A stretch of DNA of 59,308 bases, the filler included, from Sphacelaria rigidula (taxonomy: Eukaryota), in the NCBI GenBank assembly GCA_964200075.2. It is 9 parts of 9 records of this genome, joined end to end, with 100 filler letters (N's around TTAATTAATTAA, not from the genome) between each part and the next. Parts side by side here need not be neighbours in the genome. Positions count along the whole stretch, not along the records: positions 46,209 to 52,708 come from CAXNAA020019711.1; positions 52,809 to 59,308 come from CAXNAA020019712.1; 7 more parts are not named here. One strand, written 5' to 3'. The position numbers and the translations under genes were made by a program. Of this stretch, positions 47,998 through 59,308 are shown one piece after another (position 1 is the stretch's first letter; the number at the start of each line of letters is the position of its first letter). Below the pieces are notes generated by a model that was not told where the DNA came from, made no database searches, and was given only the letters and a program-made list of their open reading frames with translations.

Positions 47998-49460
47998 CTT
48001 GCACATAACCCGAGGCCCACCAATCAGAAACAGTACCACGATGACCATCGCCACAAGCGTAAGCACCGTAAAAACTATGAGGAACAGCAAGTCCGTGCTG
48101 AGTCCCAGCGTCTCATTGCATTTGCTGCACTCGTCCGACGACAACTTTCTGTAGCCGTCGATGCACACAGAGCAGTACACGCCCATGTAGCCTTCGCTGC
48201 AGTACCTCGAGCCCACCGTCTGGGTTATATCCGAGTCACCGGTGATACCATCTGCCAAGGATCGACTATGAGTGGCTCGTGATCCAGGCTTGACCTTCGC
48301 GAACCGCTTCTGGATCCGGAGAGACCGCTTCCGCGTTTGGGTGGATTCCGCCGTCGTCACTGCCGCCGCGGTGGACATATCCGCGTCAGACAGGTTACCG
48401 TCGGTGTAGTAGTCGGGGATGAGATCTTCGCCGGTGCCGCCGGCGCAAGCGTTTTCGTTAAGACATGCGCGTATGTACGTTCGATGGACGTCTCCTCGCC
48501 AGTACCCTTGTGGTTGTGTTGTGTTGGGGGGGGTTGTGAATGCGACGGTGGGGACGGAGGGAAGGAGACCGAGGGGTGGTGGTAAGACTGTTGCAACAGG
48601 AGACTGGAGAGTTTTTCGACACGGTTCAATATTGGTAACAGAGGGCTGGATGTGTGTTTTGTGCTTCGCATTCACACTCACTCACGCTCAACCCCTCCCC
48701 AAGAAAAGAGTCAAGGGGTTTCCGCGTGTAAACTCATCGGACAGCAGCGCTACAAAACGATGAGGGTTGATGTTCGCGAGCTGGTTCAGCGTATGTTGCC
48801 CCGAACACAATTGATTCATGTAGAGAGTTCAGGTACCGAGCTACAAGAAGCGCAGTTGTGTGTTGAGCCGGCTTGAAGTCTGTCGTCCAGAAGCGCTCTC
48901 CTTCCTTGTGCCAACAGAGTCGAACGGGTCGTGTGTGCTACCCTAACGCGTGTCCGCGACCGTCCCCCTCCGTACGGGAATTCAAACGCTGGAGGAAAGC
49001 AACCCGCGACTTGGCGCTCGAAATTCTCCAAAATTAAACGGGAACCACACTCGTCTAAGCAACAGTAGCAGTGGTTGCAGCAGTGACAAAATGTGCCCTA
49101 ATTATGCAAACCGAACGAGCTGTTTCCTGCGGTGACCAGGAGGGTCCGTGATTCATGTGGCGAAAGCCGCGCCTGTGGTCTCCAAGTCGCGGCATGGAGT
49201 GCTGATCGTGAGGTCGACTGTTCATGACGGTGAAAAACAGTACGTATACTGGGTACCGCCCGTCAACGGTCCTCACGGACACAGGCACCGTGAAAGCACC
49301 GCTCTCCCTCTCCCCGTGTCGACTGACCTGGCTTGAGGGGTAGAGTCTCGGTGGTATACCCAGGTGCCGAGCAATCCAAGACATCCGTCCCGTCGGCCAA
49401 GCTGTCCATTTCCCCCGCACAGGATGTACATTCCTCTGCCTCGATGTCCCAAAAGAATTC
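47998..49460 (-). CDS. Partial spliced host gene: Cys-rich extracellular region followed by a transmembrane helix; exons 49460-49328 and 48506-47998
   Basis: A phase-1 splice joins EFFWDIEAEECTSCAGEM..DCSAPGYTTETLPLKP-G-YWRG..IRACLNENACAGG..YCSEGYMGVYCSVCIDGY..CSKC to LLFLIVFTVLTLVAMVIVVLFLIGG. Donors GTCAGT and GTGAGA. The Cys pattern is typical of large multi-pass protist membrane proteins. Confidence 0.8.
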
Positions 49461-52400
49461 CTGCTCGCATATATACGTTAACAGGAAAATCCGTACAACA
49501 AAAAGCAGAAAGTCTATTTCTCAGCTGATGGTACATTTGCTGTCACCGCGCCTCGGCCGTCAGAGTAGCACGCTCCGTCTTCTAGTTCGGAATATCTTGT
49601 GGGATCGGCAGTATTGTCGTGTTCACCATCTCGGGGGTCACTTTCGTACCGCGGCGCGCGGCAACGCCTTTTTCTGGAGACACCGATTGAGAAAAATGAC
49701 GCACAATCTGTTCAACGGGCTGTGGCAGATCCATCCTTGCCCAAGGCTTCACACCCCCCACATAACTACAACAGATCACTATTACAATTGCGTGCGAAGA
49801 ATTCCTCGTTCGGAAACTTGTGCAGCTAGGTGCGTGTAAAGAAAAAGTCGATCGGAAACCTGTGTAATAACGAAGTTGTCCGCAAAAGAACTATGCGGTA
49901 AGAAGCCTGTGCAACCAGAAGTTGCGTGTAAAGGGACGCTCGGACGAGAAACGTATGCTAAATATCGAAAAAGACCACCATCTTGAATAACTAGTTGCTT
50001 CCAACAACTAATTTATTATCGTGTTATACTGGGCGTGACATGCCGTAGCTGCTCGTGATATACCGTAGCTGCGGGGATGAATGGTTGTGGGGGTGGTTGT
50101 GTTAATTCAGCAGCCAGTGCACAACATCGTGCTACCCGGCCGCTGCTGCTGTATATGGGGTACACTGCTGTCGCACTGCTCACCGGTACGGTGCAGTTCA
50201 AGTACAACACACGACAGAAAGAAAATGATACGTGTCTCGGGTATACCCTTGTAACAAAGTGATACATATCGGGTATTTAGCCCTTGTACAGTCAACTGCT
50301 CGGCTCGAAACCTGCGCGACTAGTCGCGTGCCAACGACTACTCGGTCTTATAACCTGTGCAACTGGTTGTCGAGCAAGCATCTACCTCGAATGACCACCA
50401 GTAGCTGCAATTGACAACCTAATTGGTGAACAGTTGTCCTGGGTGTGCAAGGTTCAAAGTTTTACGGTCTACTTTCGCTGGGGCTAGGGTTGGCAGTGTT
50501 AGGGATAGACTTTGGCACAAACTATCCAGGCAACGCTCAGTACACAGCGCAGGTAGCATGTGTCGTTTGGTGTTGATGCGGAGCAACCGCTGTCGGTTGA
50601 AACGTCGAATACAGGAATTTTTTAGAGTACCAGTCGTACATCTAAAACAAGTACACTGTAGATCGATCTGAGTAACGGTCCAGTGCGATCGAGAATCTTT
50701 GAAAGGATTAAGATATGAACTCTTGAGATGAAGAGCTCAAGAGAACTCAAGAGCACATCGCACGCCCTACTTACTCTTTCACTCTTCACTTCTCCAACTT
50801 CTCAACTGGACTTCGATATTCCATTGTACTCTACAAATCTGTGTGGGTATTTCGTGCGTATTATTAGTGGAAATTAGACGACGAGAACACCCGACATCAC
50901 CGAAACATCACGGTTTCGGGTATGATTCAACCCCCGTAGTATGTTTTTTTAGATTGCCGAGCCGATGACGGTTACTGCGATTTGCAGTATGTGGAGATCG
51001 AGTGAAAGTTGGGTTTGGAATTCGTAATTTTGATCTCGAAACAGTTTGACGGGCGCCGATTGGTCGATATATATATTCGTCGTTATTAACGCTGCCACTA
51101 TGACCTTACACGCATACCCGGCTGTGCCATGCTCTTCAGCTATCCATGGCCGTCAGTATGATAACATGTATTCGACTATTGGGTAGGTATTGCGAAAGGC
51201 ATTTGCTGATGACACAATGTTGGGTGATGAGCGTGAACCAGCCTTTAGTGTGTCTCCGCGTACCTCATCGCAGTGGTAGAACGCTCCCTTGAGGTGGACC
51301 GTTTCCGAGATAGACTGGTGGTCCTCCGTTTTGGACAAGACGAAAAAAGTGGCCTGGAAGTCCCCGTTGAAGGTGATGGAAGTTCCCGTGTACTCCCCTA
51401 CCGATGATGACGATGATGGACTTCGATCTTCAGCGTATAGTCCCGTCACCTCTATCGTCATCTGTTATATTCAGCAATTTTTGAGTTTACAAACGATGAG
51501 AAGCATTTGGGGTATGCCAGGCAGGTGCAGACACCAGCAGCAGGGGAACGATGCGTTGACTGCTCGAGATTATGAATTCGTTGTAAGGCACTGAAGGTGA
51601 AATTGCTGATCTAACTCTCGACGATCAAAAGTCAGGCAGGCGCCGTACCGAAGTGGGGGTGGGTTGATTGATCCCTTTGCTGTGAAATTAAGGACTCGTT
51701 CCAAGGAGAAAGGGGATAGGTTCAAGTATAACGGGAATAAACCATGTTGAAATAAAATAACTCATTGAAATGATACATGAGAATGAAAACGTTTGACGAA
51801 ACATTGATGCTATTCCACTATCTCTTTTGAATAATCCTGTCTTGATGGTTATTTCGTTACATTTTTTAATAAATTCGTCGAGTGACTCTGACACCCGCCC
51901 GAGAAATACAACGATACGAAGCACCTAAATCCAACCCTTTTCCCTCTCAAACCTGCATTATTTTCATTTGAAACAACAGAGTAAGACCCAGATAATCCGC
52001 CCTAGACGGGGCAGGTGGGGGAAGGATGAAGGGAAACGTGTCTCCGTATGGGAACCCCAGCCAAAACACATCGACCTGCACACGAACGGCAACCTCAAAC
52101 ATCGCATGCATTACGAAAAAGAATGCAGGCGCATGATACATGTACATTGTAGCATAAGGTAACACGGTAGAACGGCAAACAGCGAGGCTAGCAAGAGTAC
52201 AGACTGGTCTCACTATAACAATGTTTTCGTGAGATTAAGAGCGCTGATTGAGAGTGGGTTTCATCATTCGCTTTATGTTGCCCAGTTCTTCATCCCGTAT
52301 ATGCTTTTCTTTGCCTGTATCACTGGCGTGTGCTTACAGCTGCACGTCAATATCCCACTCAGGGATATCAAGGGCTTCAGTGGAAAGCTACTACGGGAAG

Positions 52401-52989
52401 CATATTGGGCCTCGTGAGGGGCATTTGGTAACTGAAACAATTAATTCAGTGATTGACCGCTTCTCACTCTCAATCTCAAGAAACCAGTTTGTCCTGTGTC
52501 TTCGGAGCAAGTAGCCGGAGTAGCAGCAAACGTGGCACAGAAAATAGGATCCCTGCTGGCGAACAACCGCTCCAGAGTGCGCCCCGTTGTGCGACCCATC
52601 ATTTGAGGCACTTTTCATCATTTTTTCGCAATACTGTATAACAAACAATTGTGCGAATTGAGGTTCAACTCCGAGATGAGGTTCAAGCCTAAAACAGTGC
52701 TTTCCCCANNNNNNNNNNNNNNNNNNNNNNNNNNNNNNNNNNNNNNNNNNNNTTAATTAATTAANNNNNNNNNNNNNNNNNNNNNNNNNNNNNNNNNNNN
52801 NNNNNNNNGTCGTTGACTGTACGTTATGAAGTATAAACACCACCTGAGCTGTTACATCTTGAAGTTCAAGTTATGTCCTTGCTAAAACAATCTAGCACAG
52901 TGATGAAAGCTAGATTGCACTGTGTTTTTATTATTTCACATGAAGGATCGAATCTCTCAGCCGCTGTTACGAACATCGTTTTGCATCGT

Positions 52990-54300
52990 GGTACCGACCC
53001 GAAGGTGTGACTAGCGCAGATGATATGATACGACACAATAGTCCCGGTTGTAGAAGCGCCATAATACAAACAGAATAATAGTGTTGGCCACAGTGGTCGT
53101 CCACATGCATGTCTCTACTGTACAAGTCGAGTATTAGAGCGAACAACAATAGCATTTCGGTCATGCAAGTTACGATGTCTCGCTAGCTCAGGCATGATAT
53201 GACCTACTTTTACTATAGGGTTATACATTTCACCATTCCATTTGTGCACGAAGTTCGTTTTACTATCATGACGATCTTCTTGCATCTGCTCGTTGCCTGA
53301 ATCAACCTCGTTACAGTCTCACCGTTATGTCTGAAACAAAAGTAAGCTCACAGCACGTGGGAAAGTCCAATGCAGAACGATACACGACGAACGTCACGAT
53401 ATCTTGATCACCGCTTCAGGTCGATTCGATTTCTTTTTTCACTTGATGGGATTACCTCAGGACTCAAAAGAGAGTGAATCCCAGGGTGCCGGCTGGATCG
53501 ATTCTTGTAAAGAACCGGATCCAACCAGATGTAAAGAGGCATGTTTATGGATGCCGTCTTTTGACGGATTACACCGCCTTCACCCCTGATCACGTGTTAC
53601 GGATCGCGGCGTGATGCGGTGGAAGGGGGACAGTACAATGATGGGCCGTTGATTCGGAACGAAGATACGCGCCCGGAGGGCTGATCGCGGGAACTGGCTA
53701 GTACCTGCGGTCAGGGGTGAGGATGTTAAGTAATCCGTCAAGATACGGAGTACATAAACATGCCTCTTACATCTGGTTGAATTCGATTCTTTCTAAGAAT
53801 CGGTGCAACACTAGGATGCCCTGGTGTTCAGAACTTCTCGAGAAGACTCTGGCTATCAACACCACCAAGGAACAAAAGAAATCGAATCACCTGAAGCTGT
53901 GAACAAGGATATCCTGACGATCGACGTGTACTGTACTGCGTTGGACTGTCTCCCCACGCGCTGTGAACTTACGATTGTTACAAGATTGACGGTGAGACGG
54001 TTTGGAGCTTGAGTACTTTTTGAACAGATGTGAAATGATCGGCCTGTAGTAAATGAATATGAACGAACTCGTGCACAAATGAATGGCAGTCAAATATTAA
54101 GTCGAATATAAGGTCCCACACGAAACAGTGAAATTTCGTAATCGTTGACCGAAGTTTTGTTGTTTGCCTAGTTCAGTGATCAACCTGCACTGTAGAGTTA
54201 AGCAAATGCTGATAACAACTGGAGACTGCCGTTTACTCGTATCATGGTGCTTCCAACCGGGACTATTGTGTTCGATCATATCATCTGCGGTGCTGCTCAA
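52990..54300. repeat. Diverged long inverted duplication (arms ~52990-53588 and 53712-54300, 123-bp spacer)
   Basis: Both arms start CAGGGGTG at the spacer and share GTAATCCGTCAA, CATAAACATGCCTCTT, AAAGAAATCGAATC, CGTGCACAAATG and AACCGGGACTATTGTGT in inverted order. Confidence 0.8.
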
Positions 54301-55246
54301 GCCAGGAGAGGTAAAATGTTTAGGAAGATGTTCACTGAGATATTCATTTTTATTATTAATGAAGAGAACAAAACGAACGATCTGCCATCATGATGCGCGC
54401 TGGGTGATGCGCGCTGGGAGCGACGCGCTCGTGCTCACGCTTACGACGGCACAAAGGCAATCAAGCGACGGAGACCGCTATAGTGGTTCCCACCGCGCTT
54501 GGGGTAAAGTGAAGAAACGCAATCAGTCGAATAAAAAATAATCAATGTACTCTTGACCATGACAGGTACCCCGCAAAAATAACTTCAAGATAAGACAGCT
54601 GCTCAGGCGGGAATGTACGTTTGTCGTGCGTACTGCTGTAATAAGTGGAGCTGGTAAATACGCCGCCCATGACGCGAGTCAGTGGGCACATACCCACATA
54701 AATAACAGTATGGTTTCGGGATATTGTATGTCTACTGCGACTCAACCGAAGGAAGAAAACATGAAGTGATATGTAAGCTGAGGCTACGAGATGAACCTCA
54801 AGACTGAGGCCCATTCGGGTGTGCTCGCGCCGCTTGAAGATACGTGTCCACAACGTTAGCGTAGCGATATTGCTCACAGCGTGACTGGGAAGGTGGAGGT
54901 GCAGTTATTACCGCCATGCTTTACGCACGTATCTTGAAGCAGATGAAACGGATGCACGCAAAAATCAACGATACGGCAGCAAGGAAGACGGTACAAAAAT
55001 AATATTTTGTCAAGAAGAGTTGATATCAGCGCCGAACCCGCTCCAGGCTTACTGCACAACCTGCGCGTAGGTGGCTATGAGCGAGTCCTGTGCGCGATGC
55101 ATTTAGGTAAAGTAAAACGTCGTACCACCCACGCAGTTCGATTCGATGATCTTACATTTCAGAGTCAGAATCTTCAGCTATTCTTGATTGAGCAGGAAGC
55201 GCGGAGTTGATGTCGGAAGGCATGAGTCTCTACACGTTGTATCCGT

Positions 55247-55675
55247 TACATGCAACAGCTGCACGCACGATTTTTGACGCGTGATATAGCTGGCAGGAGC
55301 AATGTAGCGCTGTATGCACCCATTATGTTGCACACTATATTGTCACATGTGAAGCCGCCCCGGTTAAATGCACTATGCCCCACATGATTACCTTCTGCTA
55401 ATGCGCGATACTGGCACATTGGGTCGGTGTTACATCAAATGTTGCCAGAGATTATTGGCACCGCCCGTTGTCTCCCTTAAATGCAACACAGCCGCGCGCA
55501 CTATTTTTGAAGCGTGATACAGGTGGCAGGAACAACGTGGCGCTGGCTACACCCATTGGCAAAAACTGTATTGTGATACGTGAACGCCGCACCGGTTAAA
55601 TGAACTATGCATCACCGAATTGCTGTCCGCTAATGCACGACACTGGCCCAAGCGGGTCGGTGTTACCTCGAACGT
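55247..55675 (+). repeat. Diverged tandem duplication (~230-bp period), with a further partial copy near 56025-56105
   Basis: TTTTTGA.GCGTGATA.AG.TGGCAGGA.CAA.GT.GCGCTG..CCGGTTAAATG.ACTATGC..GCTAATGC.CGA.ACTGGC..GGGTCGGTGTTAC occurs twice. Confidence 0.75.
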
Positions 55676-58003
55676 CATCAGATTTTAGTGGCAGCGATGG
55701 GGCGGAAAACGGAAACAATCGGGGGGGTATTCACAGCAAGCAACTGCTGATGTGAGCTGTTGATTGGGAGTAATGAACGCCGGTTTGTGCGTTACACACC
55801 AAGCCGATGCTGCTGTTACATCCTCCCGTTTGTTTTTAGCGGAAAAACCGAGATGCCGCACCTCGCTTCATGCTTTGAGTGACACGAGTGCTACTTCGAG
55901 CAAGAGCCGGATCCAGTGGTTTGGATTGTTTAGACAGGTACCCCATGAGGGTGCTTGGATCTTATGCCGCTGCACCGGTTGTCAAATCCACCCCACCCAA
56001 CAGCTGCGGCGCGCTGGGTGATAGCCGCGCGATGTAGCTTCTAGGAGCAACGTTGTGCTTACTTTAGCCATCATGTTACGGTTATGGTGAGATACCTGTG
56101 AATCTGCGATAGCGCTCGAACGAAACAGGGATCACGGGAAACAATGAAACAAAATGAGGGTATCTTCACCGGTACGATTAAATTCTTTCGAAATGAGGGG
56201 TGGTGATGTCAAATTAATCCTTTCTGCAGACTGCACTGACTGCCGCAACTACAGTACAGTACAGGTGCCCAACGCACGGCACTAGAACGTTGTTCGTCTC
56301 ACCGAATATGAAAGAGTCCACATACCCACGAAGTTTTCAACAGAAGTGCACACAGGACTGCGTGCGACTAAGATTGGTCGATAGGGACGAACACGAAGAC
56401 AGTATCGCTGCTCATGCAATCCAAAACATTGTTCGCGATTCGTGAACGCAACGCAACAGAACGGACAGAAAAAGCTTCGATACCTGAGAGAGCTTGAAGG
56501 CTTTTGCTGAGATAGTAGGGAAACAAGATATGTTCCATGGGTTAGTCCTCAGGCTGATTGTGGAGGGGTCTTCAAATCGAAGCCAACGCCAAGTGAACAC
56601 TCCACTATAGCCGTGCTTCTTTACATTCACTTGGGCAGGAAGGTTGACATGAGAGGCGAGCTTCACACGCTAATTAATTATGCAGATTCGGGCCCGGTAC
56701 ATCCTCAGTATGCCGAATTGTGTACACCAAACGGTCAGATCTCTGCCAATTTCCCCTACACTTGCATCTGGGCAAACTGATTATGTACGCAGGACCATAC
56801 CCATGTTATCACCTGGTATTTGAGTGACTGAGCTGTATTGAAACGCACTAAAATTCAATACCGCTGCTTCTGTATAGCTTTACAACAAATACCGTAGCGC
56901 ACCCAGACGGGCAGTCAGGTTTTGGTGACGCTACATCAGCCGTTCACCAACGCCAGCCATGCTTGAAGGGCCGTACTTCAAAACTGGTACAAATGATGTA
57001 GATAAGATGGCGGTTAAAACTAACGATGCGCGGAAGGTCGAAACGTTCCGTCTATCAAACCCTAAATCTATCACGACCTACCTTAGCGAGTCTCTATCAA
57101 ATTATGAATTGCGCCTGCTAACAGGCTGAGCAGACAATTGTCATTAACAGGAAGTTGCGAAGTTTGAATGGACGAAACACGGCACCCCCCGGTCGCAGGT
57201 CATTGATCCGGGAGGTTCACTGTTATGAAAAACGGATGTAAACCCCTCGCAGTTCTCCCTGCTGGACAGTTCGGGAGCTGAGGGGGATCTTCTCCAATAC
57301 TAAATAAAAATCAGACCCAACCGTGTAGTTTAGGTATGTTCACAACTTTTGGAAAAAGAAACCCAGCAAACAATCATCGGTTATGGTCTGCTATATACAT
57401 AAGGGTTGAGAGGTGAACGTTTCCGTTCTAGAACGGTTGACAGTCGAACGTGAAGCTGGTCGACAGTCGAACGTGAAGCTCCTGCCGCGCGACCAGTGGG
57501 TAGTGCAACTAGCCCTGTTGGCGCACGTCGTACTAGAGAGTAGCGATTAGGACAGTATCTACTAGAATGTGCACACCTTTTCGAGTACCCGCTCCATATT
57601 ATCGAAAGGAAATAACACGGTGGATCAAGAATGATCCACCACCAGTCATCAATAATTCAAGGAACGGGATCATTTACCCATGTTCACCCTGGCTGGGGTG
57701 AACAACTCAATACTGTCACGATTAGGCAGCTACGGAGAGTGCTGCGAGACAAGATACCTGCGCGAGGCCACCAGACGGACACTACACCATCTCCCGTTGT
57801 CTATCTACTCTGCGCCTATCGACAATCCAATTCCAACGCGGTTTGTCTGTCCGTTCATGCTATGACTACCATCAGACAAGGCTGCATTCGTCTGGGCAGG
57901 GCTTCTGGTCTTGAGGGTCTACGGGTTCCACACATTTTGCCGAAATATATCGAACAGAAACCGACCAAGCGGTTGGCTGGAATTGAGCAACGTAAGTAAT
58001 ATT

Positions 58004-59260
58004 TGTGGACATTATTCACTATGCTAGCATGGAGGCCCGACAACGTGCGAATAAATTGGGGAATGCGCGTGAGTCCGGAGTAAATGTGCGTTATACAATA
58101 GGCTCACCCACGAGCAGGCAGGAAATCGCTACACACAGGGAGATGAAGGAGAACGAAGACCCAAGATAACAAGACCGTGTTTAGCCGAACAGGTTATAGG
58201 AGCCATATTTTCCCCCGCGTGCCCTTGCAGGTTAACAGGAGGCCGGAAATTGGAGGATTATCCCGGATTATTCCCCATGAAAGGGAAATCTGAGCCGAAT
58301 ACTCACACGAACCTGTCATGTGATCAAATTTACTGCCATGTTCTCCTGTTTCCCTGTTCCACCCCTGTTCGTCTGATGATGTCCACGCTCATATCACGAG
58401 GAAAAATTGATGCTGCCACTTTACCCCATCGTGTCTTCTCACCGTTGATGAGTTGAGATCGTTCCCAACCCTATTTTGCCAGGAACATTTAAGCAGGAAT
58501 AAGGCACTGCGGTAATAATATGAAGTACGCTTAACCGGTGTTATGATACCCATGGCATATACGTGCAGGTTATCGTTCCGAGTACCGCATAGCCAACGCG
58601 AAAACCCGGCGAAATAATGAGTGGAAATCCTCTAAACCCGCAAGCTCAACCGTTCTACCCAGCTGGATCAACTCAACAGTTTCAACAGCCTCCAGTGCAA
58701 GCCGCACCGCAGCAGCAACCTGTCGTCCCTGTTCAACAACAACAGGACGCACCCTTCCACGCGGCAGAAGGTTGCTGCACCTCCTGAGCAGCATCAATCT
58801 TTTGTGCGTCCACCACTGCAGCAGTTTTTCTGCACCACGACGATAACAGCAGTATTTTTGCGCCTTTGCAAGAAAATGCCGCTGAAGCGCCGCAAATGAA
58901 TTTGTTTAGTGCTCCTGACCAACGGTTTGCACGACCAATGTTTCCTCCATTTTTCTTCAGCAGATACTTCCAGTAACTGGGTCTCCGTTGACATTGTTCA
59001 CCCCAAGCCAGGCGCGACCAGCAGTGTACATATTCCATGCTCAGATGCTGCCGCCACTGCCGCCGCCTCTGTAACATCGATCTAGGGACTAGGTTCCACC
59101 TAACCCGATGGGTACGCATACAAATATTTCACCCGTCCGGGGCTACCCTTCCTTCGAACGCCATTTTAGCCGAAGCGAGTAGGAACGATGCACAGCAGCT
59201 GTGGGTACAAGCTGAAGTTGGCTCCACAGCAAAAGTAGCCACCGCTCACCAGTAACGGTG
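58004..59260 (+). mobile_element. Possible decayed 5' end of a Copia-like LTR retrotransposon (LTR, PBS, Q/P-rich gag start)
   Basis: TG...AACA (58004-58191) is followed by GGTTATAGGAGCC, resembling the GGTTATGGGCCC internal tRNA-Met PBS. A frameshifted ORF starts at 58617: MSGNPLNPQAQPFYPAGSTQQFQQPPVQ. No second LTR or pol in the window. Confidence 0.4.
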
Positions 59261-59308
59261 TTACTGGGCACCGGGGCGGGGGGGGGGGGGCGCTATGCCG
59301 GGAACCGG

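Overview
This window is not one locus. It is nine ~6.5-kb contigs in descending size (6502, 6502, 6501, 6501, 6501, 6501, 6500, 6500, 6500 bp), joined by identical 100-bp N/TTAATTAATTAA/N linkers, i.e. a pseudo-scaffold of unplaced contigs. The host is a repeat-rich, intron-rich eukaryote; the repeat and gene types look like a brown alga or other stramenopile (inference). Eight contigs hold host-type material: a decayed RTE-clade LINE, tRNA-derived SINEs, several MITE/foldback families (Harbinger-like with TTA/TAA sites, a P/hAT-like element with an 8-bp TSD, piggyBac-like ends), a high-copy poly(C)-ended repeat, and parts of spliced genes. The clearest genes are a 5-exon p25-alpha/EF-hand-like gene fragment and a Cys-rich membrane-protein gene fragment. 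Contig 5 (26407-32907) is different: a 57-bp tandem array followed by four tightly packed, intronless genes, with none of the host repeats seen elsewhere, consistent with a large DNA virus fragment. Its ~1,280-codon membrane-anchored coiled-coil gene is broken only by six TAA/TAG codons and two single-A deletions in A-runs. That points to C->T decay of an endogenous virus or, less likely, a TAR=Gln genetic code. No database searches were possible, so all family calls come from motifs read by eye.
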